IMG/VR virus record: IMGVR_UViG_3300031992_000005 | Span: 289,026-353,025 of that record | From: a virus | DNA: 64,000 nt | Direction: 5' to 3' (one strand) | Part shown: positions 1 to 8,800 of the stretch, in pieces | Layout of the letters: every line of letters begins with the position of its first letter | Position numbering within the stretch: position 1 is the first letter of the stretch | The notes under the pieces: generated by a model | Databases searched by the model: none | What the model was told of the DNA's origin: nothing | Seen by the model: only the letters and a program-made list of their open reading frames with translations | Translations under genes and position numbers: made by a program

Positions 1-1
1 A

Positions 2-445
2 AAATCGGAAGGAACTGCTACAAAAAACGGGTTAAAAATTTTAAAGAAAATAGGTGCCAAACCAAAAGATATGGTTGAAGCTAGAAGAGCAGGAAAAGCT
101 GCATTAGAATCTCATTTTAGAGCTAAGGAATTTGATCTAGCTAATAAGGCTATAGAAGACGGTTTAACTAACAAAGAGTATTTAAAACAATTACTTACTG
201 ATAGAAGACGACTCAGAAGAGATTATAGAAAAGCCGTTAGAGGCATTGAAATTTCCGGTAGAACAGGTGCAGAAAGACTTTACGATGCTTCTAAAATGTC
301 TAAGGCTAGAAAAATGGGAAGAGCAGTAAAAGCAAATCTTCTAAAGAATGATACCCTCAGACATGCAGTAATAAAAGCAAATCGAACGGGAGAAAGAGCT
401 AAAAAGAAAATAATAAAAAAAGCATTTAAACAACTAATTAAATAA
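2..445 (+). CDS. Highly basic Arg/Lys-rich small protein; possibly 5'-partial (first in-window ATG at 71)
   Basis: ORF track 71..445. I read codons 2..70 in the same frame and found no stop, so the frame is open to the window edge. Translation is rich in R/K (RRRLRRDYRK, ERAKKKIIKK). The stop TAA shares its last A with the next ATG (TAATG). Confidence 0.5.
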   Translation, partial: KSEGTATKNGLKILKKIGAKPKDMVEARRAGKAALESHFRAKEFDLANKAIEDGLTNKEYLKQLLTDRRRLRRDYRKAVRGIEISGRTGAERLYDASKMSKARKMGRAVKANLLKNDTLRHAVIKANRTGERAKKKIIKKAFKQLIK

Positions 446-849
446 TGATAATTAGACAAAAAGAGTTCGGAAAAAAGACTGCGCGACTAACCAATAGGGA
501 TAAAAACTTTATTAAGAGTCTTGCTGAGGAAAAAGACCATAATAAAGTTTATAATAAACAGTCCTATAGAGCACTCCAGGGTTTTGGCGCTTTAACAGGT
601 GGCGTAGGTGCAGCAGCTTTAATCAAAAAGCTAAGTAAAAGTAAAAAAGCCGGACTAATTGGTGGTGGAATCGCTAGCATTGGTACAGGTATTGCGCTAA
701 ATAAGCCTATTAAAGCTGCTATAGATAGAGCGAATTACAAGGAAGACGTTAAATACGTAAAGCGAAGAGGCGGTTTTATTTTCAGAGATCGTATCGATCG
801 AGACCGTCTAATAGACAAACGTGAAAAAGAATTAAATCATCAAATATAG
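445..849 (+). CDS. Small basic glycine-zipper protein (leader MIIRQKEF)
   Basis: 134-aa ORF. Has a central Gly/Ala-rich hydrophobic stretch (GALTGGVGAAALIKK...AGLIGGGIASIGTGIAL) flanked by charged K/R/D/E segments. Start is coupled to the upstream stop. Confidence 0.6.
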   Translation: MIIRQKEFGKKTARLTNRDKNFIKSLAEEKDHNKVYNKQSYRALQGFGALTGGVGAAALIKKLSKSKKAGLIGGGIASIGTGIALNKPIKAAIDRANYKEDVKYVKRRGGFIFRDRIDRDRLIDKREKELNHQI

Positions 850-1091
850 TTAGAGAAGCGAGGAAGGGGCTCACAAAGTAGGACTTAAAGGGGAAAAGCC
901 GGATCGTTTGTGGTGTCAGTTGCCCGCATCAGTAAGTATCATAAAGTAAAAAATTTAGAAAAAAAATCACATTTTTAAATGAGATTTCTTTAAATAAAAT
1001 TAGAACTAATTCTTACTTTAAAAAAAATGTCAAAGGAAAGTACGAATTAGAATTAAACATAACACAAATCCTTTGACTCATTTAATGAAAT

Positions 1092-1604
1092 ATGTTGATT
1101 AAAAGAAGAGTTTATTTTTCGGCAATAGATGAAGAAACCGGAGAAGAAAGATTATTTAGTACTAACACTATTATGTCAGAAGAAGACTACCTTAAGACAT
1201 TTTCTGATACATTAGAACAAAGAGAGTATGGTTTGAAATCTAAGGCACTAGCACTGGTTGCTCCTGGTGCTTATCAGGCAAAAGAAGCTGCTAAGTATGG
1301 ATACGACGATGAAAATGAGTATAAGAAGGTAAGAGGCAAGTATGCATTAAAGGGTGCTTTTGCTCCTGGCGTTTCTACTTATATGAAGAAAGCGGCAGAA
1401 AAGATGCACAAAGAGGGTAAGTCTACAGAAGAGATTCGCGAATTTCTAGAAAATAAGGGCAAATACCATAACAATGCTCGAGTAGCTGCAGGTATAGGTG
1501 AAGCACTTACTGGTAGTATGGGTGGAATTGGTCATGCTGCTGCTACGGCTGTAGGTGCATACGATGCACTGGAGAAGAGTAGAAAGAAATTCAATAAAGA
1601 TTAA
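1092..1604 (+). CDS. Small charged protein with C-terminal glycine-zipper segment (leader MLIKRRVYF)
   Basis: 170-aa ORF. C-terminus reads ARVAAGIGEALTGSMGGIGHAAATAVGAY. The N-terminal leader resembles those of neighbouring genes. Confidence 0.6.
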   Translation: MLIKRRVYFSAIDEETGEERLFSTNTIMSEEDYLKTFSDTLEQREYGLKSKALALVAPGAYQAKEAAKYGYDDENEYKKVRGKYALKGAFAPGVSTYMKKAAEKMHKEGKSTEEIREFLENKGKYHNNARVAAGIGEALTGSMGGIGHAAATAVGAYDALEKSRKKFNKD

Positions 1605-1679
1605 AATTGAATTAACCTAAGAATTACCCTTCTAGCTGAGTAATATATAGAATAACAGATCAATATTTAGTTTCATTGG

Positions 1680-1720
1680 GGGAATTAGGGTACATGTAAG
1701 TTATATCCTAATTCCCTTTC
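1680..1720 (+). terminator. Stem-loop, possible terminator after 1092..1604
   Basis: Perfect 10-bp inverted repeat: GGGAATTAGG (1680-1689) pairs with CCTAATTCCC (1707-1716), with a 17-nt loop. Followed only by a short TTT. Confidence 0.4.
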
Positions 1721-1731
1721 ACGAACAAAAA

Positions 1732-2118
1732 ATGGTAATATTAAGAAATAAATTTATTCATCTTCCTTGGACAAAAAATAATATTAATCTCTTTAAAAGA
1801 AAGGACAATCTTCTTTGTCATGCGAGAATAGGGAAGGACATTGATGGGGTTATTCTTACAAAGAATAATTTACTTGTTGGATATATTGCCTGGTCAAAAG
1901 AGTATATTATAGCTCTAGAAGTAATGCCTGAGTGGAGAAAACAAGGAATTGCAACATACTTAATTTCCTTATCTCCTGTTCAGAGACTTACCGTAAATAA
2001 AAATAACAATGAGGCTATAAAACTTTACCTAGATCTTGGATTCAGAGTAATTAAAGAAGATAATAGAATTCTCTATATGGAAAACATTAACGCAGATAAA
2101 AAATGCGGAAAAAATTAA
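1732..2118 (+). CDS. GNAT-family N-acetyltransferase
   Basis: Acetyl-CoA binding motif A-like segment EVMPEWRKQGIATYLISL, then NNNEAIKLYLDLGFRV, typical of the GNAT fold C-terminal half. 128 aa, the normal GNAT size. Confidence 0.7.
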   Translation: MVILRNKFIHLPWTKNNINLFKRKDNLLCHARIGKDIDGVILTKNNLLVGYIAWSKEYIIALEVMPEWRKQGIATYLISLSPVQRLTVNKNNNEAIKLYLDLGFRVIKEDNRILYMENINADKKCGKN

Positions 2119-2229
2119 TAAAAACAGATAAATATATGGGCTTCTCAGATTGGGAAGACTCGGAAAAATATCATGTTACTTATGCGTGGTGTATTGTTCC
2201 AGGAACTACATGGAGAGATGACATAAAGA

Positions 2230-2412
2230 ATGGATTTATATATAAAAACGATGGAAGTAAATGATGGTTTTTCTAACGGATTAGGGGGAGATACCTTAAT
2301 AGAATCGTTCTATAATAAAATAAAATTAACTATGGGGGACTGGGAATTCCCACTAAAAAATAGCAAAGATTTAAAAGGAGTTGATAATTCCTCGAAAGAA
2401 AATAGGGAATAA
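2230..2412 (+). CDS. Hypothetical small ORF (weak call)
   Basis: 60-aa ORF only, no motif. A second short ORF (ATG ~2137, about 42 codons) overlaps it, so this gap may hold gene remnants. Confidence 0.2.
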   Translation: MDLYIKTMEVNDGFSNGLGGDTLIESFYNKIKLTMGDWEFPLKNSKDLKGVDNSSKENRE

Positions 2413-2476
2413 ATTACTCTAATACACTAAATACCAGATATAAATCTGGCAAAAAATATTAATAAAACAATTCAGG

Positions 2477-3463
2477 ATGTCATTAATAGTTAGATTGAAA
2501 AGAAAGATGTTTGCTTGGAATGACAATAAAGCAAACACTTATGAGTATTGCCTAAGAAATCCAGATAAGGATGAAAATGCCCAAAGAATAAAGGGGATGG
2601 AAGAAAAATATCCTGAAGAGACCGCTAGATTAAAAGAAAAATTGAAAGATCCTAACTTCACTACAAATAATACAAAAGCTAATAATAGTCAGAGGAATTC
2701 CTATTATGAAAATTATAAAGCGACAACTCCAGAAGGAATAAAGGTAGATAAGGATCTTAAAAGTGGTTTAGATAGTCTTAATAAACAGGCAAGAAAAGAA
2801 AATAAACAACTACTAAAAGCTATTCAAAGAAAAAAGAAAATAGCTAATATTGCAGGTATTGGAGGAGGAATTGCTGCAGCAGCAGGTTTAGGATATGGCC
2901 TAAAGAAAGCTCATGATAATAAAAAAGCTTGGGAAGAAGAGAAAAAGAATATTAAAGTAACTGATCCTTCTGGGAAAAAATTGACCCAAGAAGAACAAGA
3001 CTATTTCAGAGGCAAGGAAACAAATAGTCAAAAAAATAGCCGCAAAGGTACTTCAAGTAGAATTCTTGGAGCTACGGGAGCCGCAGGAAGCATGCTCGGA
3101 GTTGTTAGAGGCAAGAAAATAATAGATGGAGCTAATGATACAATACTTAGGCACATGGACCGTATTAGTAAAGAACAAAACCTAGTTAATAGTGTTAAAG
3201 GTAAAATCAATGCTGATGTTGCTGCAGTCCAAAATAAATATATGCAAAAAATAGCTAATAAATCTATCAGCAAACGAGCAGCTGCTGAACGTTTACAAAA
3301 AAGAGTTTTGAAAAAGGTAAATAAAAGTATGATAGGCGGTGTTTCTGCAGGATTATTAGGCGGTGCAGCATTAGCAGCTATGTATAATACTAATAAAAAG
3401 ATTAAGAACGAGCGTCTTAATTCTAAAAGAAGATTGGCAGCTTTACAGAAAAGTGAAGCATAA
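2477..3463 (+). CDS. Basic glycine-zipper protein, paralog A (leader MSLIVRLKRK)
   Basis: 328 aa. Shares an identical first 10 aa and the block IAGIGGGIAAxAGLxYGLKKAHDNKKAWEEEKK with 3479..4321. Has three Gly/Ala hydrophobic segments separated by K-rich regions. Confidence 0.7.
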   Translation: MSLIVRLKRKMFAWNDNKANTYEYCLRNPDKDENAQRIKGMEEKYPEETARLKEKLKDPNFTTNNTKANNSQRNSYYENYKATTPEGIKVDKDLKSGLDSLNKQARKENKQLLKAIQRKKKIANIAGIGGGIAAAAGLGYGLKKAHDNKKAWEEEKKNIKVTDPSGKKLTQEEQDYFRGKETNSQKNSRKGTSSRILGATGAAGSMLGVVRGKKIIDGANDTILRHMDRISKEQNLVNSVKGKINADVAAVQNKYMQKIANKSISKRAAAERLQKRVLKKVNKSMIGGVSAGLLGGAALAAMYNTNKKIKNERLNSKRRLAALQKSEA

Positions 3464-3478
3464 AAGAAAATTAACATT

Positions 3479-4321
3479 ATGTCATTAATAGTTAGATTGA
3501 AAAGAAAGTTGTTTGCTGCTTGGAATGAAAATCTCAGAACCGTATACGAACATGCATTAGATAACCAGGATAAAGAAGCTGAAAGAGAATATAGGTCATT
3601 GTTAGAGGAGAGATTCCCTAAACAAACATCTGGTATAAAAGATACGAGGAGATTCGTTAAAGACGTAAAAGACTCTTTTAGAGACATAGATAAGGCAGCA
3701 AGAAAAAAGAATAAGCGACTACTCAAAGTGGCTAAAGCAGCTAAAATTGCAGGTATTGGAGGAGGAATTGCAGCTGGAGCGGGATTAGCATATGGCTTAA
3801 AGAAAGCTCATGATAATAAAAAAGCTTGGGAAGAAGAGAAAAAAGGAATAACGGATCCCAATAAAATAAATTCACTGAAAGAGAGCAAAGATCAGAAAAA
3901 AAATAGACAACTGGGTGAAGGGGCTATTGTAACTGCAGGAACACTTGGTGGTGCATTAACAGGTGCAGCTATCGTAGGTAGACAAAAAGCTAGAGCAGAT
4001 AAGCTATATGATAGAAAATTCGATATCTACGGAAAGAAGATGCTCGAACGACATAAAAAATTTGATAGTTATGCAAGATCTTCACCATATGGCGTTGATA
4101 GGATAATAGATGCTGACAGCAAATTTGTGAATAAGCTATCTCAAGATTGGCGAAGTAAAGGTCTAGCTCTTGATCGACTAAATAGAAAGATAGGTAAAAA
4201 AGCTCCTGGTAAAGTACTAAAAGCTGCAGGATTAGGTTTAGCTGGAGGTGCTGCATTGGCTACTATGTATGGTATTAATCAAAAAGTTGCCAATGAAAAG
4301 AAAAACTCCACGAACAAATAA
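3479..4321 (+). CDS. Basic glycine-zipper protein, paralog B (leader MSLIVRLKRK)
   Basis: 280 aa. Tandem paralog of 2477..3463 with the same leader, the same central block and the same C-terminal GGAALAxMY motif. Confidence 0.7.
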   Translation: MSLIVRLKRKLFAAWNENLRTVYEHALDNQDKEAEREYRSLLEERFPKQTSGIKDTRRFVKDVKDSFRDIDKAARKKNKRLLKVAKAAKIAGIGGGIAAGAGLAYGLKKAHDNKKAWEEEKKGITDPNKINSLKESKDQKKNRQLGEGAIVTAGTLGGALTGAAIVGRQKARADKLYDRKFDIYGKKMLERHKKFDSYARSSPYGVDRIIDADSKFVNKLSQDWRSKGLALDRLNRKIGKKAPGKVLKAAGLGLAGGAALATMYGINQKVANEKKNSTNK

Positions 4322-4359
4322 AAAATTGTACAAAAAATAAACAATAAATACACTAAATT

Positions 4360-4773
4360 ATGATTATACTAAGAACTAAAACTTATTCACGATTAGAAGA
4401 TGAAGATTATCGTGATAAAATGTATGAAAAGAAGAGAGGCGTTAAGCACGCAAAGGCAACCGGTGCACTGGTAGGAGCCGGATTTGGAGCAAGTCTAGGT
4501 GGAACACTTGGTAGTGCAGCAGGTGGTAGAGGTGCACTAATTGGTGCCGGTATAGGAGGAGTTGCCGGAGGTGTAGGTGGTTATCATCTAGGCAGGAAAG
4601 AAAAAGATAGAGTTGAAAAAGAAGTTGCCAGAAAGCTAGATCGTTATGAAAATGCTAACGAAAAGGATAGAGCTTATTTGAGAAGAAAAGAGGAAAAGGA
4701 TGAAGAGATGGCACTTCGTAAACAGCAGGTAGCTGCTCAGACTCAAATGGCGATGAATTCTTATAGATGGTAA
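4360..4773 (+). CDS. Glycine-zipper protein (leader MIILRTKTY)
   Basis: 137 aa. Contains a 45-aa GxxxG-type run (GALVGAGFGASLGGTLGSAAGGRGALIGAGIGGVAGGVGGYHLG) followed by a charged coiled-coil-like tail. Confidence 0.65.
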   Translation: MIILRTKTYSRLEDEDYRDKMYEKKRGVKHAKATGALVGAGFGASLGGTLGSAAGGRGALIGAGIGGVAGGVGGYHLGRKEKDRVEKEVARKLDRYENANEKDRAYLRRKEEKDEEMALRKQQVAAQTQMAMNSYRW

Positions 4774-4811
4774 ATTTAAAACAAACTAATTAAGAAAAAT
4801 TAAAGGTAAAG

Positions 4812-4843
4812 TAAGAGTAGGCGTCTAAAGTACCCTACTCTTA
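4812..4843 (+). terminator. Stem-loop between glycine-zipper battery and tail module
   Basis: 10-bp inverted repeat: TAAGAGTAGG (4812-4821) pairs with CCTACTCTTA (4834-4843), with a 12-nt loop. No T-run follows, so a terminator function is uncertain. Confidence 0.3.
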
Positions 4844-4874
4844 TCCCAAACAAAATTAATCAAAATTAACGAAA

Positions 4875-5630
4875 ATGAATATAGATGTTTCATTGTTACC
4901 TAGCGGAGGCATTGGGTATAATTTTCCCAGTGTGGTAATTAAGCCTCTCAATTTCTTAGAGATTACGCAATACTTATCTAACCTACCAGGGGAGGATGAT
5001 CCGTTAGGACGTTACCTATTCGATATGAACATGCTGAGGGATGATGATCCTAATATAGAAAATTGTTATATTATGGATATAGACTTTCTCATCTTCTATA
5101 AAAAGTTATGTACTGTCAGTGAAGACTTATCTTATCAAATTGAAGTTAGTTGTCCACATTGCGGTGCTACAATAAAGAAGACCATTTCCTTTGATAAGGA
5201 TGTTCATTTCAAACAGATTGACCCTAATATTATGAATGGGGCCAAGATAGAACTAAATGGTCATCATTACGATACTATTGTTCCTACATACAAAGACTTT
5301 ATGAAAGTTTTTTCACTTTATCTTAGGTATAGAAAAATACAAGATCTAAAGATGATTAAAACGATTGCTCTTATTAAAGACTTTGATGTACAGGGAAATC
5401 AGATCGAAGATGACGTATTACACGCAAAGCATAACGACATTACCCTTCTTATGGCTCTAAGAGACCTCTATTATGATAGAGTGGAACCAGTAGAGTTATT
5501 TTGTCCTAAATGCGATAAGCCCGAAGAAAGGAGGAGTGTGACAGTGAGTCTTGAAGGTCTCATTGTCGATTTCTTTCGAGAGCTCTATGTCAATAGCCCA
5601 ATTGATGGAACTAAAATTCTTTTTAAATAA
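4875..5630 (+). CDS. Zinc-ribbon protein; candidate tail assembly chaperone (positional)
   Basis: 251 aa with two CxxC pairs (C93/C96 in SCPHCG; C210/C213 in FCPKCD). Lies immediately upstream of the tape-measure gene, where chaperones normally sit. Confidence 0.45.
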   Translation: MNIDVSLLPSGGIGYNFPSVVIKPLNFLEITQYLSNLPGEDDPLGRYLFDMNMLRDDDPNIENCYIMDIDFLIFYKKLCTVSEDLSYQIEVSCPHCGATIKKTISFDKDVHFKQIDPNIMNGAKIELNGHHYDTIVPTYKDFMKVFSLYLRYRKIQDLKMIKTIALIKDFDVQGNQIEDDVLHAKHNDITLLMALRDLYYDRVEPVELFCPKCDKPEERRSVTVSLEGLIVDFFRELYVNSPIDGTKILFK

Positions 5631-5631
5631 A

Positions 5632-5868
5632 ATGTTAAAAGCGGATAATATAGAATATTATACGTTAGATGCATTAATTAAACTTAGAAAAGTCTATGAC
5701 GAATTCTTAAGCAACAGTGATGGTGTAGATCCAGATTTTCCACTCATGAAGTTTGGAAATGGTGAAAAGAAAATCGCAGGTGTTAATAAGGCAAAGATAG
5801 AATTAGAGAACCAAGAACGTGGAATAGAGGAGCCACTGGGCATGAATAATTTCCTCAATAAACGATAA
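5632..5868 (+). CDS. Small protein between chaperone candidate and tape measure (possible second chaperone ORF or frameshift extension)
   Basis: The ORF track opens this frame at a TTG (5551). The first ATG in the frame is at 5632, 2 nt after the upstream stop. The frame is +1 relative to 4875..5630. Confidence 0.4.
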   Translation: MLKADNIEYYTLDALIKLRKVYDEFLSNSDGVDPDFPLMKFGNGEKKIAGVNKAKIELENQERGIEEPLGMNNFLNKR

Positions 5869-5870
5869 AT

Positions 5871-8800
5871 ATGGCTAATAACAATCAAAATCAGCCAAAG
5901 AAAGACGAATCCTACGCTAACTATCAACAGGCAGGTCAGCAATTGCTTCAAATGAATGCTGAAAGACAGAAGAACATAGCTCTTCAGAGACAGGCTAATG
6001 CCAATCAGCAAGGGACTACTGAATTACTGTCACAAGCGGGCGCAATGGCAACTATGGGAGGAGGTGGTGCAGCAATAAATCCACAGACTCAAGCTATGTT
6101 AAGGAAATATGGCTATGGTCAGCCTAAGGTACAAAGGGCTCAAGGTAGAGAAGTAAAAATTGTTCCGAATAATATTGTTATTAATAACAACTATAACACA
6201 GTATCCAATAACAATGTTATTCCTCAACAAGGTGGTGGGAATGACGCTGCTAATAGTCAGAGTAGATTCAAGACTTGGATTAGTGGGATTTTTGCTAGAC
6301 AGAAAGAGGAAACTGCTAAGAGAGACCGAGAATATCAAAAGCAAGAGTGGGCTATCGGTAAGAGCACTAATAGAATGCTCAGACAGATGACTGATGCTGG
6401 CCGTAATGTAGCAAATGCAATAAATCCTAGAAATTTAGGTTCTTCTTTAGGTGGTCAAATAAAAACACTGCTCTTCCTATTTGGTATGAGATTTTTGTCT
6501 AAGAACTGGACTAAAATCTTGGATATAACTACTACCATAACTGGATATATAAAAGAAGGATTGGCCTTTTTTGGTATAGGTGATGAAACTAGAGTAAAAG
6601 CCCTAGCAGCACAAGGTAAGGATTTTCGAGGCAGATTTATTTCATTTTTCACTGAACCTGCTAGAGCCAGGGATGGAAAAACTACAGTAATCAGTCTCAT
6701 GAGGGAAATGATACAAAGCTTTGGAGATTACATTAAGACTTTCATTGAAGGTCAGATGGAACTTCGAGGTATCGCCATGAGAAGTATCAAATTCCCAAAA
6801 ATAGACTTTAAACCTGCAGATTCGTCTGGTTGGAATCCATTAGCTAGTGCTATAAATAGTGCAATATCTAGTTTAGGTGATTCGTTGACAAATGCTCTTT
6901 CTGGCATGGGAACCTACATTGGTGATATATTTACTGCCTTTGTAAATCCTAAAGCTGGTGCAAGAAGAGCAATTGTTTCTAATGTTAGAAACTTAGGTAC
7001 AGAAAATTCAAGAAAAAATCAGGAATACTATAGAAATGTAAATAGATTTACTGCAGTCAATGTATGGGATGGCGATAAAGCAAATGGTTGGGCAGTAAAT
7101 GCTGGAGACGCAGCGAATGAATTAGTAGGAGAAGATTATTATGATGCAGCGAATCATAGATACTTAAAGGGTAGTAGAAGATACGCACTCTTGGAGAATG
7201 CTCTAGAAGGTAATAGGTTAAGAAATACAGCTGGTTCTCAAATTAGCCAAGGTCGAGACTTGTTAGGTGCTATTAATAATGCGAAAACACATGGTAGAAT
7301 AGATACTGCTAGATTTGCAAGTGGTGTATCTAGACTCTATGAAGCAGCTAAGGAAAATGAAAATGGCGTAGTAGTTGACCAGGAATTTGTAAATACACTG
7401 ATTGGAGAGAAACTAAAGAGAGATCTTACCTCAACTAGGGACTTAGTACCTGTTAAGATGAAGTATGTCGTAGCTGACCTAGATGCTTCAGAATACGGAA
7501 ATCGAGGTTCAGAGTTATATAAGGAGGCTGCTGGAACTTCAGATGACTTGTTAGTTGGAAAAGTTCCATTATTAGGTTGGGGATTAAATGTAGCTACCGC
7601 AGGTATACAAAAATTAGGGAATTCACTTGCTACTCACCTTAATTCTAAAAAACTAATATTAGTTCCTGAATCAGATCCTAGACCTGCAGTTACTAAGATT
7701 AAGGATGTTTGGGGTGCTAATACAACTGGTGATGTAAAAGACCTAGGAAAACCTGTCAGTACTTATTACCGATTGACTCCAACTGCCATAGAGAAGATAA
7801 TGCAACACCGCATTAGTAAGGACGCAGATATAGATAACTATGAAACATTCTTACCAGGTGTTGATAAGTTCTTAGTTCGTGCAGGTGGTGGAGAAGCAGC
7901 AGTTAATAAAAAATGGAGTGAAAGCCAGAAGAAAAACCTTCAGTTTACTCAAGAGCGTTTTGGAGGTAATCAGCGAGATTATGATATTACAAGCGGTTTT
8001 AATGAAATAAGACGTATTGAACTTGCTGAACAAAAATTACGATCTAAGATGGAGAATCATCCATTTATGGGTTATGTTAATCGTGCTGTTAATAATGCAG
8101 AAAAACTGGTTAATAAAGGAGTTGAAGGTGTTAATAACGTTGTAAGGTGGTTTGGTACAACAGATCTTGGTAGAAATCTTGCAACTGAGAGAGTTACTAA
8201 TAAAACTGTTAGAGCTAATGCCCAAAGAATAATGGATTTCCTCATTAATGAGGGTGGATTTACTCCAGATCAAGCGATAGGAATTCTTGGAAACTTGTAT
8301 ATAGAATCAGGCAGATCCCTCAGTCCACGAGCAATAAATCCCAACGATAGTGGAAAAAGGTCTGTAGGCCTAGCTCAATGGAGAGACGATCGTGATAAGG
8401 CTCTTCAACAATTTGCTTCCAGTCGAGGAAAATCTTGGGATGATTTCGATACTCAGCTAGAGTTTCTTCTATGGGAACTTGGGAACAAAGAAAGAGCTGC
8501 AAACAATGCCGTTAGAAAATCGAATAATTTCCAGGAAGCTGCATATGCTTGGAGACTTTTTGAGAGATATGATGGCTGGGATACTGGCGGAAGAACTACG
8601 GGCTTGCATAAAGAACGACAGAAGGCCGCTTGGTCTATGTATAATATGCTCAAGAACGATGGATACTTTGAAGGAAAGAGATTAAGTGTTAATGGTTCTA
8701 CAAGTAATGACGGCAGTGATCTAATGAATTCAAATATACCAGAAGGCTCTATCTTCATATCTACTGCACGCCCTGGAGCAAATACTTCGGGCGGATACAA

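Noticed and set aside
850-940. Possible tRNA genes in the GC-richer intergenic islands (also 63570..63720)
   Set aside because: I could not build a cloverleaf. There is no GTTCRANYC-like T-loop, no 7-bp acceptor pairing, and the hairpins present have 4-nt or 13-nt loops.
2421-2432. Shared 12-mer AATACACTAAAT upstream of 2477 and of 4360 (second copy at 4347-4358), considered as a promoter or operator motif
   Set aside because: A single 12-mer coincidence is expected by chance many times in a 64-kb AT-rich sequence. The two copies also sit at very different distances from their start codons.
3028-3726. 232-aa minus-strand ORF. Many other 60-126-aa minus-strand ORFs also lie inside long plus-strand genes, e.g. 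5694..6011, 8453..8800, 14314..14646, 20451..20771, 48901..49215, 50582..50902, 55367..55747 and 56754..57074.
   Set aside because: All lie antisense within plus-strand ORFs that have clear motifs or paralogy. Their translations are low-complexity (L/S/F-rich) mirror images of A/G-rich sense codons. None has its own start context or terminator. I treat them as antisense shadow ORFs.
5551-5630. Classic -1 programmed frameshift (G/GT type) between the two pre-tape-measure ORFs. Also the TTG start at 5551 proposed by the ORF track.
   Set aside because: The downstream frame is +1, not -1, relative to the upstream ORF, and no X-XXY-YYZ heptamer is present in the overlap. The TTG at 5551 has no nearby Shine-Dalgarno at a functional spacing, whereas an ATG at 5632 follows the upstream stop directly.
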